Part shown: positions 9,012 to 17,969 of the stretch, one piece after another
Layout: every line of letters starts with the position of its first letter
How positions within the stretch are numbered: position 1 is the stretch's first letter
Assembly (NCBI GenBank): GCA_963709405.1
Contig: CAVPXM010000090.1
Location: forward strand, 1-18,468
From: an uncultured Nitrososphaerales archaeon
Lineage (GTDB): Archaea; Thermoproteota; Nitrososphaeria; Nitrososphaerales; Nitrososphaeraceae
Length of the DNA stretch: 18,468 bases
Direction of reading: 5' to 3'
Notes under the pieces: model-generated
The model's database searches: none
Told to the model about the DNA's origin: nothing
Seen by the model: only the letters and a program-made list of their open reading frames with translations
Made by a program: the position numbers and the translations under genes

Positions 9012-12000
9012 TTAGTTAACAATCGGTAAACTAAAGAAAAATGTAGCCCCTTTTTCATCAGTATTATTTTCAGCCCATAGCTTTCCACCGTGATCTTCCA
9101 CAATAGTTCTGGATATATACAATCCTAGTCCCATTCCCTTTTCTGATCTTGTTTCAAACTTCTCGAAAAGTTTGCCTTTAAGGCTAGGATGCACTCCTTT
9201 ACCTGTATCTCGTATACTCACGACAACCAATTGATGACGATTGATGTTAGCAGCATTGTAATCTTTCTCTCTTTTCATCCTTACTGTAATAGATCCTTCT
9301 TCAGTAAATTTGACTGCATTACTCAATAAATTAGAAACAACCTGAGTTATTCTGTCTAGATCAGCATATACAAAAATATCTTCATTTTCCTTTGATACAA
9401 AATGCAAGTTTATTTTATTATCTTTACCTTCACTTTTAAGCTGGGTTTTAAAGTCAGCTAAGATATTCATGATTACTTCCTTCAGATTAAATTGATTCTT
9501 ATTCAATTTTAGTGTCTTACTTTCTATTTTAGAAACATCCAAAACATCTTCTGTTAGTCTTTGAAGTCTTTTTGCATTCCTGTAGATAACATTTAGTAAT
9601 TCTCTATACTGTTTAATATCGCCTTCCTCGGATAGTAGAGTATGCGATAATCCCAATATTGGTTGTATGGGATTACGAAGCTCGTGAGCTGCTATATTGA
9701 TAAATTCCTTCTGCATGGCCTGTGTATTTTTTAATTCCTCATTTAATACGCGCTCATTCCAAAGCAGTTCAAATATTGATCTAAATGATTCTACACTAGG
9801 TTTGCTATTTGAATAGATAGGAAAGCCTATAGCTTCTATAAATTCCCCAGCGTGCGGATCTTTCAGCTCAGCTCTAAAGTATCTTGCATTATCAGCTATA
9901 AGCATTCCTGCAGAGGAAATGTTGCCATTCAAAACTCTGATATTTGATGCATTATTAGCTATCCTTTTTGCAATATGGGAATTCTCTTTACTTAAGGGAC
10001 AGATAATCTTTATGATGGCATCATTTTCTTGTGAAACCTTTATCAGATTGTCAATGACTCCTAGGTTATCAACTCTTATCATTGCCTTATCATTTGGAAG
10101 AATCAATAATGCCTCTTTTCTTACAGACTTTGCCAAGTCTATAAGAACCATTTCCGCTCTTTGGGGGTCATTAATAACCTCAACAAATTCCGGCTCTATT
10201 CCTTGTTCTATTGTTAGTATTCTTTCCCTAGCATCAACGGCATCTTTCCACAATTCATTAAAAATAAAAACAAAGTGATTAATGTAGGCTTGTTCATTGG
10301 TGACCAATAGGCTTCTTATTATTTCTTCAGGTTCTTCGGTCTTCTCGGTTGTAGCAATCATTTCTTTATCTGAAACAGCGAAATCAATTGGAGGCATATT
10401 GTTAATATGTCTTATTTGTACTCCTATGTCGAGAAATTTCTTAATTAGATCTGCAGCATCCTTATCTACAATTGTAGTAACTAATTTTATTCCCTTATGT
10501 TCTCCATTTTTATAATTATCAATTATCTTTTTATATACGTTAAAATAGTTGTTATATACTAAGCGTAATCCACTAACTCTTGAACATATTAAAAATTCAT
10601 AAGAAGACTCAAGAATGTCTTTTCCCTTTCTAAGTATTTCGTCGATATTTTTGAGTATTTTGATCTCTTTTAATACTGTTCCTAAATATTGTTTCATGTC
10701 GCGTTCTGTAAGAGATGGCTCAATGCCTGTTTGTTTTAGAAGAACAGATTGTTCCTCTTTTGCGGTGTTTAATACCCTTCTTTCTATTTCTTGATCCATT
10801 TGTGGCGTTCCAATGATATCCAATAGTTTGGCTACATCCATAGTAGAATTCCTAATTGATTTTCTTAATGAACTATCTTGCGATACCGATACCGCTAAAG
10901 AGTATAGGCCTATACTAAACAAATAGGAAGATAAAAATACAAAGGAATGAGCAGCTACTCCAAAAGTTTGTTGTAGTGCTGAAATCTCATTAGCAATACC
11001 AATTGGTATAATACCCATTGCAGATATAACAAGATAATCTTTTACTCTTATACCAGACAGACCTTTTGTTGCTATATAATATGCAAGACCGAATAAAACG
11101 CTGCTGCCTATTGTACCTGCCCTGAAAATAAGCCTAAAGTAGAATCTATATGGTATATCCGCAGGTAACGAAATTATCAACCCACTTCCAACAAGATATA
11201 ATACTAAAGGAATAGATAGCATGATCCAAAATTTAATGGGAAACTTTCCGGGTCTAATCGACTGATAGTACTTACGTAATAGTGTGGCTACTGCCAGCCA
11301 TGTAAAAATATAAGGTAGCGCCGCTAAATAATCTAAGCTGTTTTTAAGAGACACAAGTGAAGAGGGTAAAACCCAAAGTGTGGTAGTAACAGGATTTACT
11401 ACTTTGTATTGTATTTCACCATGATATTTTTCAAAAGTTTCATAAATGAACGAGGCTTGGGGAGTCGCATTTGATGCTGATTTTTCTTCTACAACATGTA
11501 CAAACATCAGTTTTGTATAAGCATCTTCTGTTATTGCTATGGCAAACGTTGCAGCTGCTAGCCCATAAAACAACACCATGAAATTTCTTTTATTTAACTT
11601 GTACCAAGAAAAAAATTTGAAGCTAATAATTCCCATGATAACGCTTGCTCCTATAGAGGCAATTACATAAACTGAAGTTGTTTGAAGCCTGACATTAGTA
11701 CATTCACTAAAGTATGGATAGCAGTTTATACTGTTATTAAATAACACAAATAATAAAATTGTAAACATAGAAAACTGAATTATCGTTACTGCCCAATGCA
11801 TTATGTTAGCTAAGATAGATTTGGATCTAAGGTTTGCAGTTATCCTTCTAGTATATTCTAAAAGAATCCACGAACATACCCCATATCCAACAACTACAGT
11901 TAGCGTAAAGAGTATGATTTCAGAAGTATTGTCCAAGTATAAGATCTGACGGGTAGCTAATAGATCTAAAATTATAAGGACAACTATAACTCCTCCAGCA

Positions 12001-12077
12001 ACAATGGGTATTTGCCTATTACCCATAGAAAACGTTGTTGAGATTAACTTTCTCATCACAGCTGATAATATTGACAT
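9012..12077 (-). CDS. Membrane-bound sensor histidine kinase (multi-TM N-terminus, two TrmB/PLD-like cytoplasmic domains, HisKA, HATPase_c)
   Basis: H-box FINIAAHELRNP, N-box QVVSNLLSNAVKFT, G1 DTGKG, F LFEKF and G2 GMGLGL. About 10 hydrophobic segments lie in the first ~400 aa. The TrmB/PLD-like call for the middle is by recall of similar Nitrososphaerales kinases. Confidence 0.93.
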   Translation of the reverse strand: MSILSAVMRKLISTTFSMGNRQIPIVAGGVIVVLIILDLLATRQILYLDNTSEIILFTLTVVVGYGVCSWILLEYTRRITANLRSKSILANIMHWAVTIIQFSMFTILLFVLFNNSINCYPYFSECTNVRLQTTSVYVIASIGASVIMGIISFKFFSWYKLNKRNFMVLFYGLAAATFAIAITEDAYTKLMFVHVVEEKSASNATPQASFIYETFEKYHGEIQYKVVNPVTTTLWVLPSSLVSLKNSLDYLAALPYIFTWLAVATLLRKYYQSIRPGKFPIKFWIMLSIPLVLYLVGSGLIISLPADIPYRFYFRLIFRAGTIGSSVLFGLAYYIATKGLSGIRVKDYLVISAMGIIPIGIANEISALQQTFGVAAHSFVFLSSYLFSIGLYSLAVSVSQDSSLRKSIRNSTMDVAKLLDIIGTPQMDQEIERRVLNTAKEEQSVLLKQTGIEPSLTERDMKQYLGTVLKEIKILKNIDEILRKGKDILESSYEFLICSRVSGLRLVYNNYFNVYKKIIDNYKNGEHKGIKLVTTIVDKDAADLIKKFLDIGVQIRHINNMPPIDFAVSDKEMIATTEKTEEPEEIIRSLLVTNEQAYINHFVFIFNELWKDAVDARERILTIEQGIEPEFVEVINDPQRAEMVLIDLAKSVRKEALLILPNDKAMIRVDNLGVIDNLIKVSQENDAIIKIICPLSKENSHIAKRIANNASNIRVLNGNISSAGMLIADNARYFRAELKDPHAGEFIEAIGFPIYSNSKPSVESFRSIFELLWNERVLNEELKNTQAMQKEFINIAAHELRNPIQPILGLSHTLLSEEGDIKQYRELLNVIYRNAKRLQRLTEDVLDVSKIESKTLKLNKNQFNLKEVIMNILADFKTQLKSEGKDNKINLHFVSKENEDIFVYADLDRITQVVSNLLSNAVKFTEEGSITVRMKREKDYNAANINRHQLVVVSIRDTGKGVHPSLKGKLFEKFETRSEKGMGLGLYISRTIVEDHGGKLWAENNTDEKGATFFFSLPIVN

Positions 12078-12096
12078 TATTACCGTGGCTAATATA

Positions 12097-12104
12097 CTTT
12101 AAAA
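12097..12104 (-). promoter_or_regulatory. Candidate archaeal TATA box for the kinase (likely leaderless mRNA)
   Basis: TTTTAAAG on the minus strand, 20-27 nt upstream of ATG 12077. Confidence 0.4.
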
Positions 12105-12407
12105 TTATTAATGTGAAATAAATCACCCCCATCAATGTTCATTCCAGTCAAGTTTCCAGTTGATATCGCGAGGAATCTGAGTGTAATTTTCGCAGTAGGA
12201 GGAAAGAACGTACTTGGATCAGTGATATTGAAATCGTTTCTCATGCTTGCGTATTTTGAAGAATATTGTTGTTATTTCGGTGAGATAAAAACAAGGAGAA
12301 ATTATTAGGAAATTATCGTATAGACATTTCCTTTCTATTTTAAAAGAGTATTATTAAATAACTAAGATGATAACCTTCCTCTTAGGAGCTAATATATTTC
12401 CTGATTT

Positions 12408-12934
12408 CTAGCTATGCTTGGTCAAGAATGTGCGCATACTCTCATAGACCAAGGCTGTTTTCTCAACAAATGGTGCATGACCAGCATCGTCTATTTGGAT
12501 AAAGTTATCTGTATTCTTAAACACTTTCTTGAACTCATTAGCATAGTCTATAGGTATTAGATTGTCTTTCTGACCCCATATGATTAAACAAGGAATATCT
12601 TGGATTAGGTTGAATCCGATTCAAAGGTCTTTTCAAATGCAAATTTTGTCCCTGGTTGTGCAATCGTTCCAATAAAAGTATCGACCACAACTGGAAGCAA
12701 TCTGGAACCATCGGCATACAAATCCTCAAATACATTTTGCACTTTTTTATACTTTAATTGCAAATTCGTTTCCATTGCCGCATCTAGATACAGTTCAAGC
12801 AAAGGAGTTGGACCATTAAGGGTACCGGAGGAATCTATCAATACAAGCTTTTCAATCATATCTCTATTTTCTATGGCTACTTGCACAGCTATATAGCCGC
12901 CAAGTGAATGGCCCACTATGGTAATGGTTTTATC
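12408..12934 (-). pseudogene. Alpha/beta-fold hydrolase pseudogene (5' truncated, frameshifted)
   Basis: ITIVGHSLGG nucleophile elbow and KLVLIDS. After a break near 12605 another frame gives IPCLIIWGQKDNLIP (Asp) and DDAGHAPFVEK (His), ending at TAG 12408-12410. The N-terminal oxyanion (HG) region is absent. Confidence 0.9.
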
Positions 12935-13599
12935 AATCAGACAAAGGAATTCATTGATGGATATGTCATAGGATTCTGTTCAATTGCCGGACCGGATTCA
13001 TCAGTGGATGAAGATGAAGCAGATTTTTGGTGTAGTGATGGGCCATCTTCTGCGGGTTGGATGATAGGATATACTATTCGCAGCGGCATGGATTTTCATC
13101 GCGATCTCGCTTTGACAAGCATGGCAACGACTAAGGGCTACTGGACCGCAAGTGACGCAACTGTCACACCGGACTTTAAGAAATATCATTTATTCTTATA
13201 TGGAGTGAATCCGTCCTGGACTCAGACAAACGATGAAAACAGAAGAATCGCTAAACTCGGAAATGATGGTATTACGCTTTGTTTAAATTTTAGTCCTCAG
13301 ACTAATGATTCGTATATCTGTCATCCAATAACACATATACCATCAACTCCTAATAGCACAATAGACGCGGGTATTTCGTAGTACCAAGTTATTTGAACGA
13401 GACTAATGGTTATGTATATGCCAAAACCAAATATCAAGGAGTCTTGGTCGGCCCAGGCTATGGTCTAAACGGAACTATATGGCGCATGGATATGGATTTG
13501 ATGTATGAAGAGATAATTACAGTTAGGGCTTGTGTTGAGGATTATCATTTTAAACAGGGCACGCCAGTATTCGATGACTGTTATAGAGCGATCAGCTAA
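12908..13599 (+). pseudogene. Hypothetical (probably exported, Cys-containing) protein, 5' truncated and frameshifted
   Basis: ORFs 12908-13381 and 13393-13599 join through one frameshift near 13371 (TIDAG/YFVVPSYLNETNGY). The 5' end abuts the truncated hydrolase. Confidence 0.55.
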
Positions 13600-13832
13600 C
13601 CACTTAGATTCGGCAGTTTCCTGTATGACATTTCAGATCCACACAGAACCGAAGGCCCAAACGTCTTATTATCGCAACACGACCCATTATTGCATCCAAG
13701 TAGTCCATCATGCCTGAATCCGTATCTGGAGCCAGGAATGGCTGTGTATGGAGCAATACCCCCAAGGGGTTGAGCATTGGTATCTTTCCATTCACCGACC
13801 TTTTGCCCATTAACAGAAGCCGTAATATACAC
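13596..13832 (-). pseudogene. C-terminal fragment of a hypothetical beta-rich, Cys-containing protein
   Basis: The frame is open upstream of the GTG (VYDITITKQNIGPESSPTGVYITASVNGQKVGEWKD) with no convincing start. Its stop overlaps that of the convergent ORF. Confidence 0.35.
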
Positions 13833-13997
13833 ACCTGTAGGACTTGACTCTGGGCCGATGTTTTGTTTGGTTATTGTAATATCGTATACCCAAGGAACAA
13901 TATTAATTGTGAAAAAATAAAAAACTGAGGATTGTTTTGGCGTTGTTGTTTCAGTATTTTGTAGTATGGTGATGATATGAGATAAGATATGCTGATA

Positions 13998-14435
13998 TTA
14001 TGGCCAACTCCCAACATTAAATTGTTGCCACATCTCTGCAATTTTACCATTTGCTGCAATTCTAAAGAGATCGAATCCAGTGATGGTTACAGGCTTGTCG
14101 CTAGGGGGTATGCCTAACATCTCTTTTTTGAGCATACCAGTATATGTCCATCGAATCAATACCTTATCTTCATTGGATATTGTATCATCATGTATGATTT
14201 CATATCCAGGCGAGCTCTCTGCTACAACTGATGCAAATTTCTTTACACCTTTTGGGCCATAGGTAAGCTCGGAAGGAAGCACAGGATTTCTTAAAACAAA
14301 ATCTGGAGCCAGAATTTCATCTGCTACAGCTAATTTTCCTTCTCGAAATATTTCCATGTGAAAGCGTCGAGCCAAGGTTTCATTTTCTTGTTGTTGTTTA
14401 GTCCTCGTTGTTGCTGTTGATGAAGACGTATACAA
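13998..14435 (-). CDS. SnoaL-like / ester cyclase family protein (NTF2-like fold)
   Basis: LARRFHMEIFREGKLAVADEILAPDFV, DKVLIRWTYTG, GIPPSDKPVTITGFDLFRIAANGKIAEMW. Confidence 0.88.
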   Translation of the reverse strand: MYTSSSTATTRTKQQQENETLARRFHMEIFREGKLAVADEILAPDFVLRNPVLPSELTYGPKGVKKFASVVAESSPGYEIIHDDTISNEDKVLIRWTYTGMLKKEMLGIPPSDKPVTITGFDLFRIAANGKIAEMWQQFNVGSWP

Positions 14436-14848
14436 AATTCCTCATATTTTCTTACCATATCGTACTTTAAGGAAATTCCTCAGTATTCTGTCACACAAAT
14501 AAGAAAGAATATAAAGAAATCAGCGAGCGTTGTGAATAGAATAAAGGTAAGTATTTTGAAATCGTCAGTCCTCTAGAGGTGAGTCAGAGATGTCGTTATT
14601 TCCTTGGGCTATTCTTATCTATAGAACTCGTTATTTGGCGCGCCTCAGATAGGTTTGCGTTACATTTTATTATAATACTGAGACACCAGTCTATACATCA
14701 GACAAAGTGTTTTCGATGATATTTATAATCTGGCATGGCGCACATCTGCATTATAAGACATTTTTTCCGACTTAATTCTGTATCTGATGGAATATCCGAT
14801 ATAATCTGATTTGGATTACGAATATGGGAGTCGTTATCTACCTATGGT

Positions 14849-15420
14849 TCAGATACCGATAATATTCCTCTTTGCAGAATTAATATTATATTTGATCATA
14901 TAATTAGGATTAAACTCTAACCTTAAATTACGACCCTTATCAAGCCAATCCCTCATAATATGGAAAGACTCGTCAGCAGAATATTTTCTAATATTAATAA
15001 GATATGGGACCAAGATACGCCACACTGCAAATTTCCTATAATCATCTATTGGAGTTTGTAATAGTTTCTCAGTCCAACAGATTTCAGTAGTTGAATTGAT
15101 CGTTTGGGCGCGCGCCAATTTACTATTCAACAGTCTGCGTTGTTCCATCTTTTTGTTAATGAGCCATCTTCTAAAATAGCGTAACAAAAATTTTATCGTA
15201 GGTCTTTGACCATCCCATCTTTGTAGAATCCTGACAACTTGTCCACATTTCGAATTAATTGTCCCTGGAATCCTAACTAGACACGAATTTATGGATGGCC
15301 TATGTTGAGGATCTCCTTTTTTATTTGTTAGAAAGTCTTCTGCAAATTGCATGAATTTACTGGTTAAATCTTTTCCATTAGGATCTATAAATTTAGCGGA
15401 ATATTTCGGCTTTCTCAGAG
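14849..15420 (-). pseudogene. C-terminal fragment of an AEP primase fused to a PriX-like domain
   Basis: SCLVRIPGTINSK resembles AEP motif III. WTEKLLQTPIDDYRKFAVWRILVPYLINI...IMRDWLDK resembles PriX. The frame continues upstream of ATG 15352 (AKFIDPNGKDLTSKF) and then breaks, and AEP motifs I/II are missing. Confidence 0.75.
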
Positions 15421-15795
15421 TCTTTTTTTAGGCCAGTATGTAGGGCCAGAATATCCTATAAAATATTCAGAGTAATCAGCATAACCAAGATCAGATATAG
15501 TAGTCTTTACAAACCTGCATTCTCATTAGGAATTTTCATCTCTTTCTCGGTTCCCAATGTAATGAGATATGAGTTGAAAGCAAGAATTCGACTTGTTGGG
15601 CTCTTCTGGAGTATTCATAGCGTGTATTAGATTTATTGAGTTTTAGACAAATCATGTATGGATTTACATAAGCCGTATTACGTCATTTTGTGAATTATAG
15701 TGACATCCCAATCCAGTCTGGCGGCGTAACACATTGACAACTGACAGCTAACTTTCAATGCAAACCTTAAAACTAATACGGTATATAAAAAGGGT

Positions 15796-15887
15796 GGCAG
15801 ATCATTTAGCCGCCTATCAGGGTGCGGGGATTAGCTGATAGGAGGTGTGAATGCTAATGCGGTATCATGGTTTATGCTATCTCTGCC
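15796..15887. ncRNA. Candidate structured RNA element (no family recognised)
   Basis: GC-rich island with outer stem GGCAGA 15796-15801 / TCTGCC 15882-15887 and inner stem CCTATCAG 15813-15820 / CTGATAGG 15835-15842, extendable by 3 pairs past one mismatch. A T-tract follows on the minus strand. Confidence 0.35.
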
Positions 15888-15910
15888 TTCAAAATCAAAA
15901 AAAGGAATAG
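15851..15910 (+). CDS. Candidate 19-aa peptide MLMRYHGLCYLCLQNQKKE
   Basis: Shine-Dalgarno GGAGGTG at 15841-15847 just before the ATG, and TATATAAAA at 15782-15790. The ORF is too short to be sure. Confidence 0.25.
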   Translation: MLMRYHGLCYLCLQNQKKE

Positions 15911-16208
15911 ATAATTTATTAGAAAGTAAACTCACTAAAATCAATGATAACATTAACAACAATTTTGCCTTATCATACAACATGAACATCAAACCTATCT
16001 TGTAATTGCTATTGCTTCTTTATTTATAATTCTATATTAAACATAAAATATATGATAGGTTCTCTGGCTTGTCACGAATAAATAATAGAGAAAGTATTTC
16101 CAGCATCTCCACCAAGTTGGTGCAGACTCTAACAACAAATAGTGTTGTTCAAGTTCCTGTGATTCTATTTGTTTATTCGCCTCAATTTATTCACATTAAA
16201 TCTCGCAT

Positions 16209-16544
16209 TTAGATTGGGTGGAGAATATTGGGGAACGTGTGAAGAACAATCCAATAATATATAACGCTAAAAATAAATTCAGCAACAATGATTATGACTG
16301 CATATTTAATAACATCCCACTTAGAACGATCGTTTAATCTTCTCCACCCTACTTCTCTTCCCTCCTTTTTCCAAATCGTTATATATTTTCCATTGATAGA
16401 CCAACAACAAAGGGTTGCTAAGACGTCATGATAATACCAAAACGTATTAGACAAAACTAACATAGGAAGAGATAAGAGAATACTAGAATAATGACATAGA
16501 TGCATCTCTAGTGTAAATACGTCTTCAGTGATGCTATGATTCAC
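16209..16544 (-). CDS. Hypothetical membrane protein (5' part probably degenerate)
   Basis: C-terminal TM helix VIKYAVIIIVAEFIFSVIYYWIVL preceded by a basic/Trp-rich stretch. The start is uncertain. Confidence 0.35.
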   Translation of the reverse strand: MNHSITEDVFTLEMHLCHYSSILLSLPMLVLSNTFWYYHDVLATLCCWSINGKYITIWKKEGREVGWRRLNDRSKWDVIKYAVIIIVAEFIFSVIYYWIVLHTFPNILHPI

Positions 16545-16705
16545 GTATCAGAATCATAGTCCAGTTCAGAAAATTAATTATAGTATAGATAATTCTTAAC
16601 TTCAAATGATCATAGAAAACTTCTAAAATTGATTCAAAATTTGTAAGGATTTGGTTAATTGATAAAGAAGGACAATATTTGGTGTCAAAATTTAGTGCCG
16701 ACAAA

Positions 16706-17723
16706 AGCTCTGTTGCATGAATCATTTTATCATTCGTACATTATCTATATCTCTACATCCCGATAGCAAACATGTTATACAGTGATGCTTTTAGCAACAT
16801 CTCTTTGGCCATATTCTGAAACTTTCTTGCAGTTACATACTCGCCAAACGTTCTTTTGATAGACGAGAATACCGTTTCTGCCATCCACCTTTGTCCATAG
16901 CTCACGCTATGTTTCCATCTTTTGAGATTTGTTTGTTGTCTCATTACAGACCTATTCCTTGCTTGACAGTTGCCTGTCTTGACCTTGGAATTACTTCTTG
17001 TCTTTATACCAGGTTTAATATGGTTCTTGGATAGATATCTAAAATTCTTATTACTGTCATACATACCATCTGCTAACGCACCCTTTACATTGTTATTTGC
17101 AGAAGCATTATCAATCAACTTCTTTAGCATCTTGCCATCGTGTACTTCTTCACTAGTAACCTCCAAAGAAATAATCTTCTTATTCTTGATGTTTACTGCT
17201 ACATGTATTTTCAGATAACCTCTTCTTACGTGCCATTTATGTCGTATCCATTCACCTCTATTGGCAACTTTGATTCCTGTACTATCTAATGCTATAATGA
17301 TGTCGTCATCATTACCTACTTCATGTCGTTCGCTGATTCTGATATCCTGGTTATTAATACGTCTGTTAATTGTACTGTAGTTTGGAATAGATGGTATCTT
17401 CTTATTACCAGCATGAGCTATGACTACGCCTTCTGCTTGGCGGTATGGCAGATGAAAATATACCCTCATGTAACCTAGTAATTGGATAAACGAATCTGGA
17501 TAGTGGTACTGTCCACCCCTCTTTCCATCATTCATTAAGTCCAACTCACTATACCAACTATCTATGACATCAAAATCTAGAATAACTTCACCTCGCCTAA
17601 CTAGCGATTTGTTATAAAAAGACCAGTTAATCATGTCCAACAATAATCTCATTACATGTTAGCTAAATCTCAATTGGTCAACAAACTCATACCTATATGA
17701 TAATGATTTTGTGCAACAAAGCA
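16706..17723 (-). mobile_element. IS5-family (IS903-like) insertion sequence, apparently complete
   Basis: TIRs GCTCTGTTGCA (16707-16717) and reverse complement GCTTTGTTGCA (17712-17722), with further ATCATT..ATCAT similarity inward. A perfect 8-bp flanking direct repeat CCGACAAA lies at 16698-16705 and 17724-17731. Confidence 0.92.
16753..17652 (-). CDS. IS5-family DDE transposase
   Basis: NWSFYNKSLVRRG (IS903-like N-terminus), LPYRQAEG, DSTGIK, ADGMYD and RWMAETVFSSIKRTFG. The true start may be ATG 17634. Confidence 0.93.
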   Translation of the reverse strand: MRLLLDMINWSFYNKSLVRRGEVILDFDVIDSWYSELDLMNDGKRGGQYHYPDSFIQLLGYMRVYFHLPYRQAEGVVIAHAGNKKIPSIPNYSTINRRINNQDIRISERHEVGNDDDIIIALDSTGIKVANRGEWIRHKWHVRRGYLKIHVAVNIKNKKIISLEVTSEEVHDGKMLKKLIDNASANNNVKGALADGMYDSNKNFRYLSKNHIKPGIKTRSNSKVKTGNCQARNRSVMRQQTNLKRWKHSVSYGQRWMAETVFSSIKRTFGEYVTARKFQNMAKEMLLKASLYNMFAIGM

Positions 17724-17825
17724 CCGACAAATACAAAAATACTCATGATGAATTTTCCAATGTACTAATAAGCAAGCTCTAAGAAGATAGGCGATGATCA
17801 CCTACAAATAATAAATATTCAAACA

Positions 17826-17969
17826 CTATAATAAAGTCACTTTAACCCTTTTTCCAATCCATTTTCCTGGAAGATAGATGCGACCGTCTTTACCACTTTT
17901 TCCCACAATCTTTTCCAATTTAATGACTATTTTCTTTTTCTGCTCCTGTTTTTTCTTAGTTTTTTTCAT
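17826..17969 (-). CDS. DUF2080-family (transposon-associated, AbrB-like) small protein, 47 aa
   Basis: Manual translation MKKTKKKQEQKKKIVIKLEKIVGKSGKDGRIYLPGKWIGKRVKVTLL* matches the EKxVxxSGxxGRIYLPxxWxGxxVK pattern of DUF2080. It is below the ORF-track size cut-off. Confidence 0.75.
   Translation of the reverse strand: MKKTKKKQEQKKKIVIKLEKIVGKSGKDGRIYLPGKWIGKRVKVTLL

Noticed and set aside
9919-10515. Plus-strand ORFs inside the kinase (likewise 14080-14262 and 16970-17218)
   Set aside because: They are antisense shadows with no motifs.
12089-12244. 51-aa minus-strand ORF (MRNDFNITDPSTFFPPTAK...) upstream of the kinase
   Set aside because: No recognisable motif or RBS, and it overlaps the probable kinase TATA box. 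It cannot be supported without homologs.
14576-14652. SD-like GAGGTGA followed by a 20-aa ORF (MSLFPWAILIYRTRYLARLR)
   Set aside because: No supporting promoter, structure or motif, so it is plausible by chance in decayed sequence.
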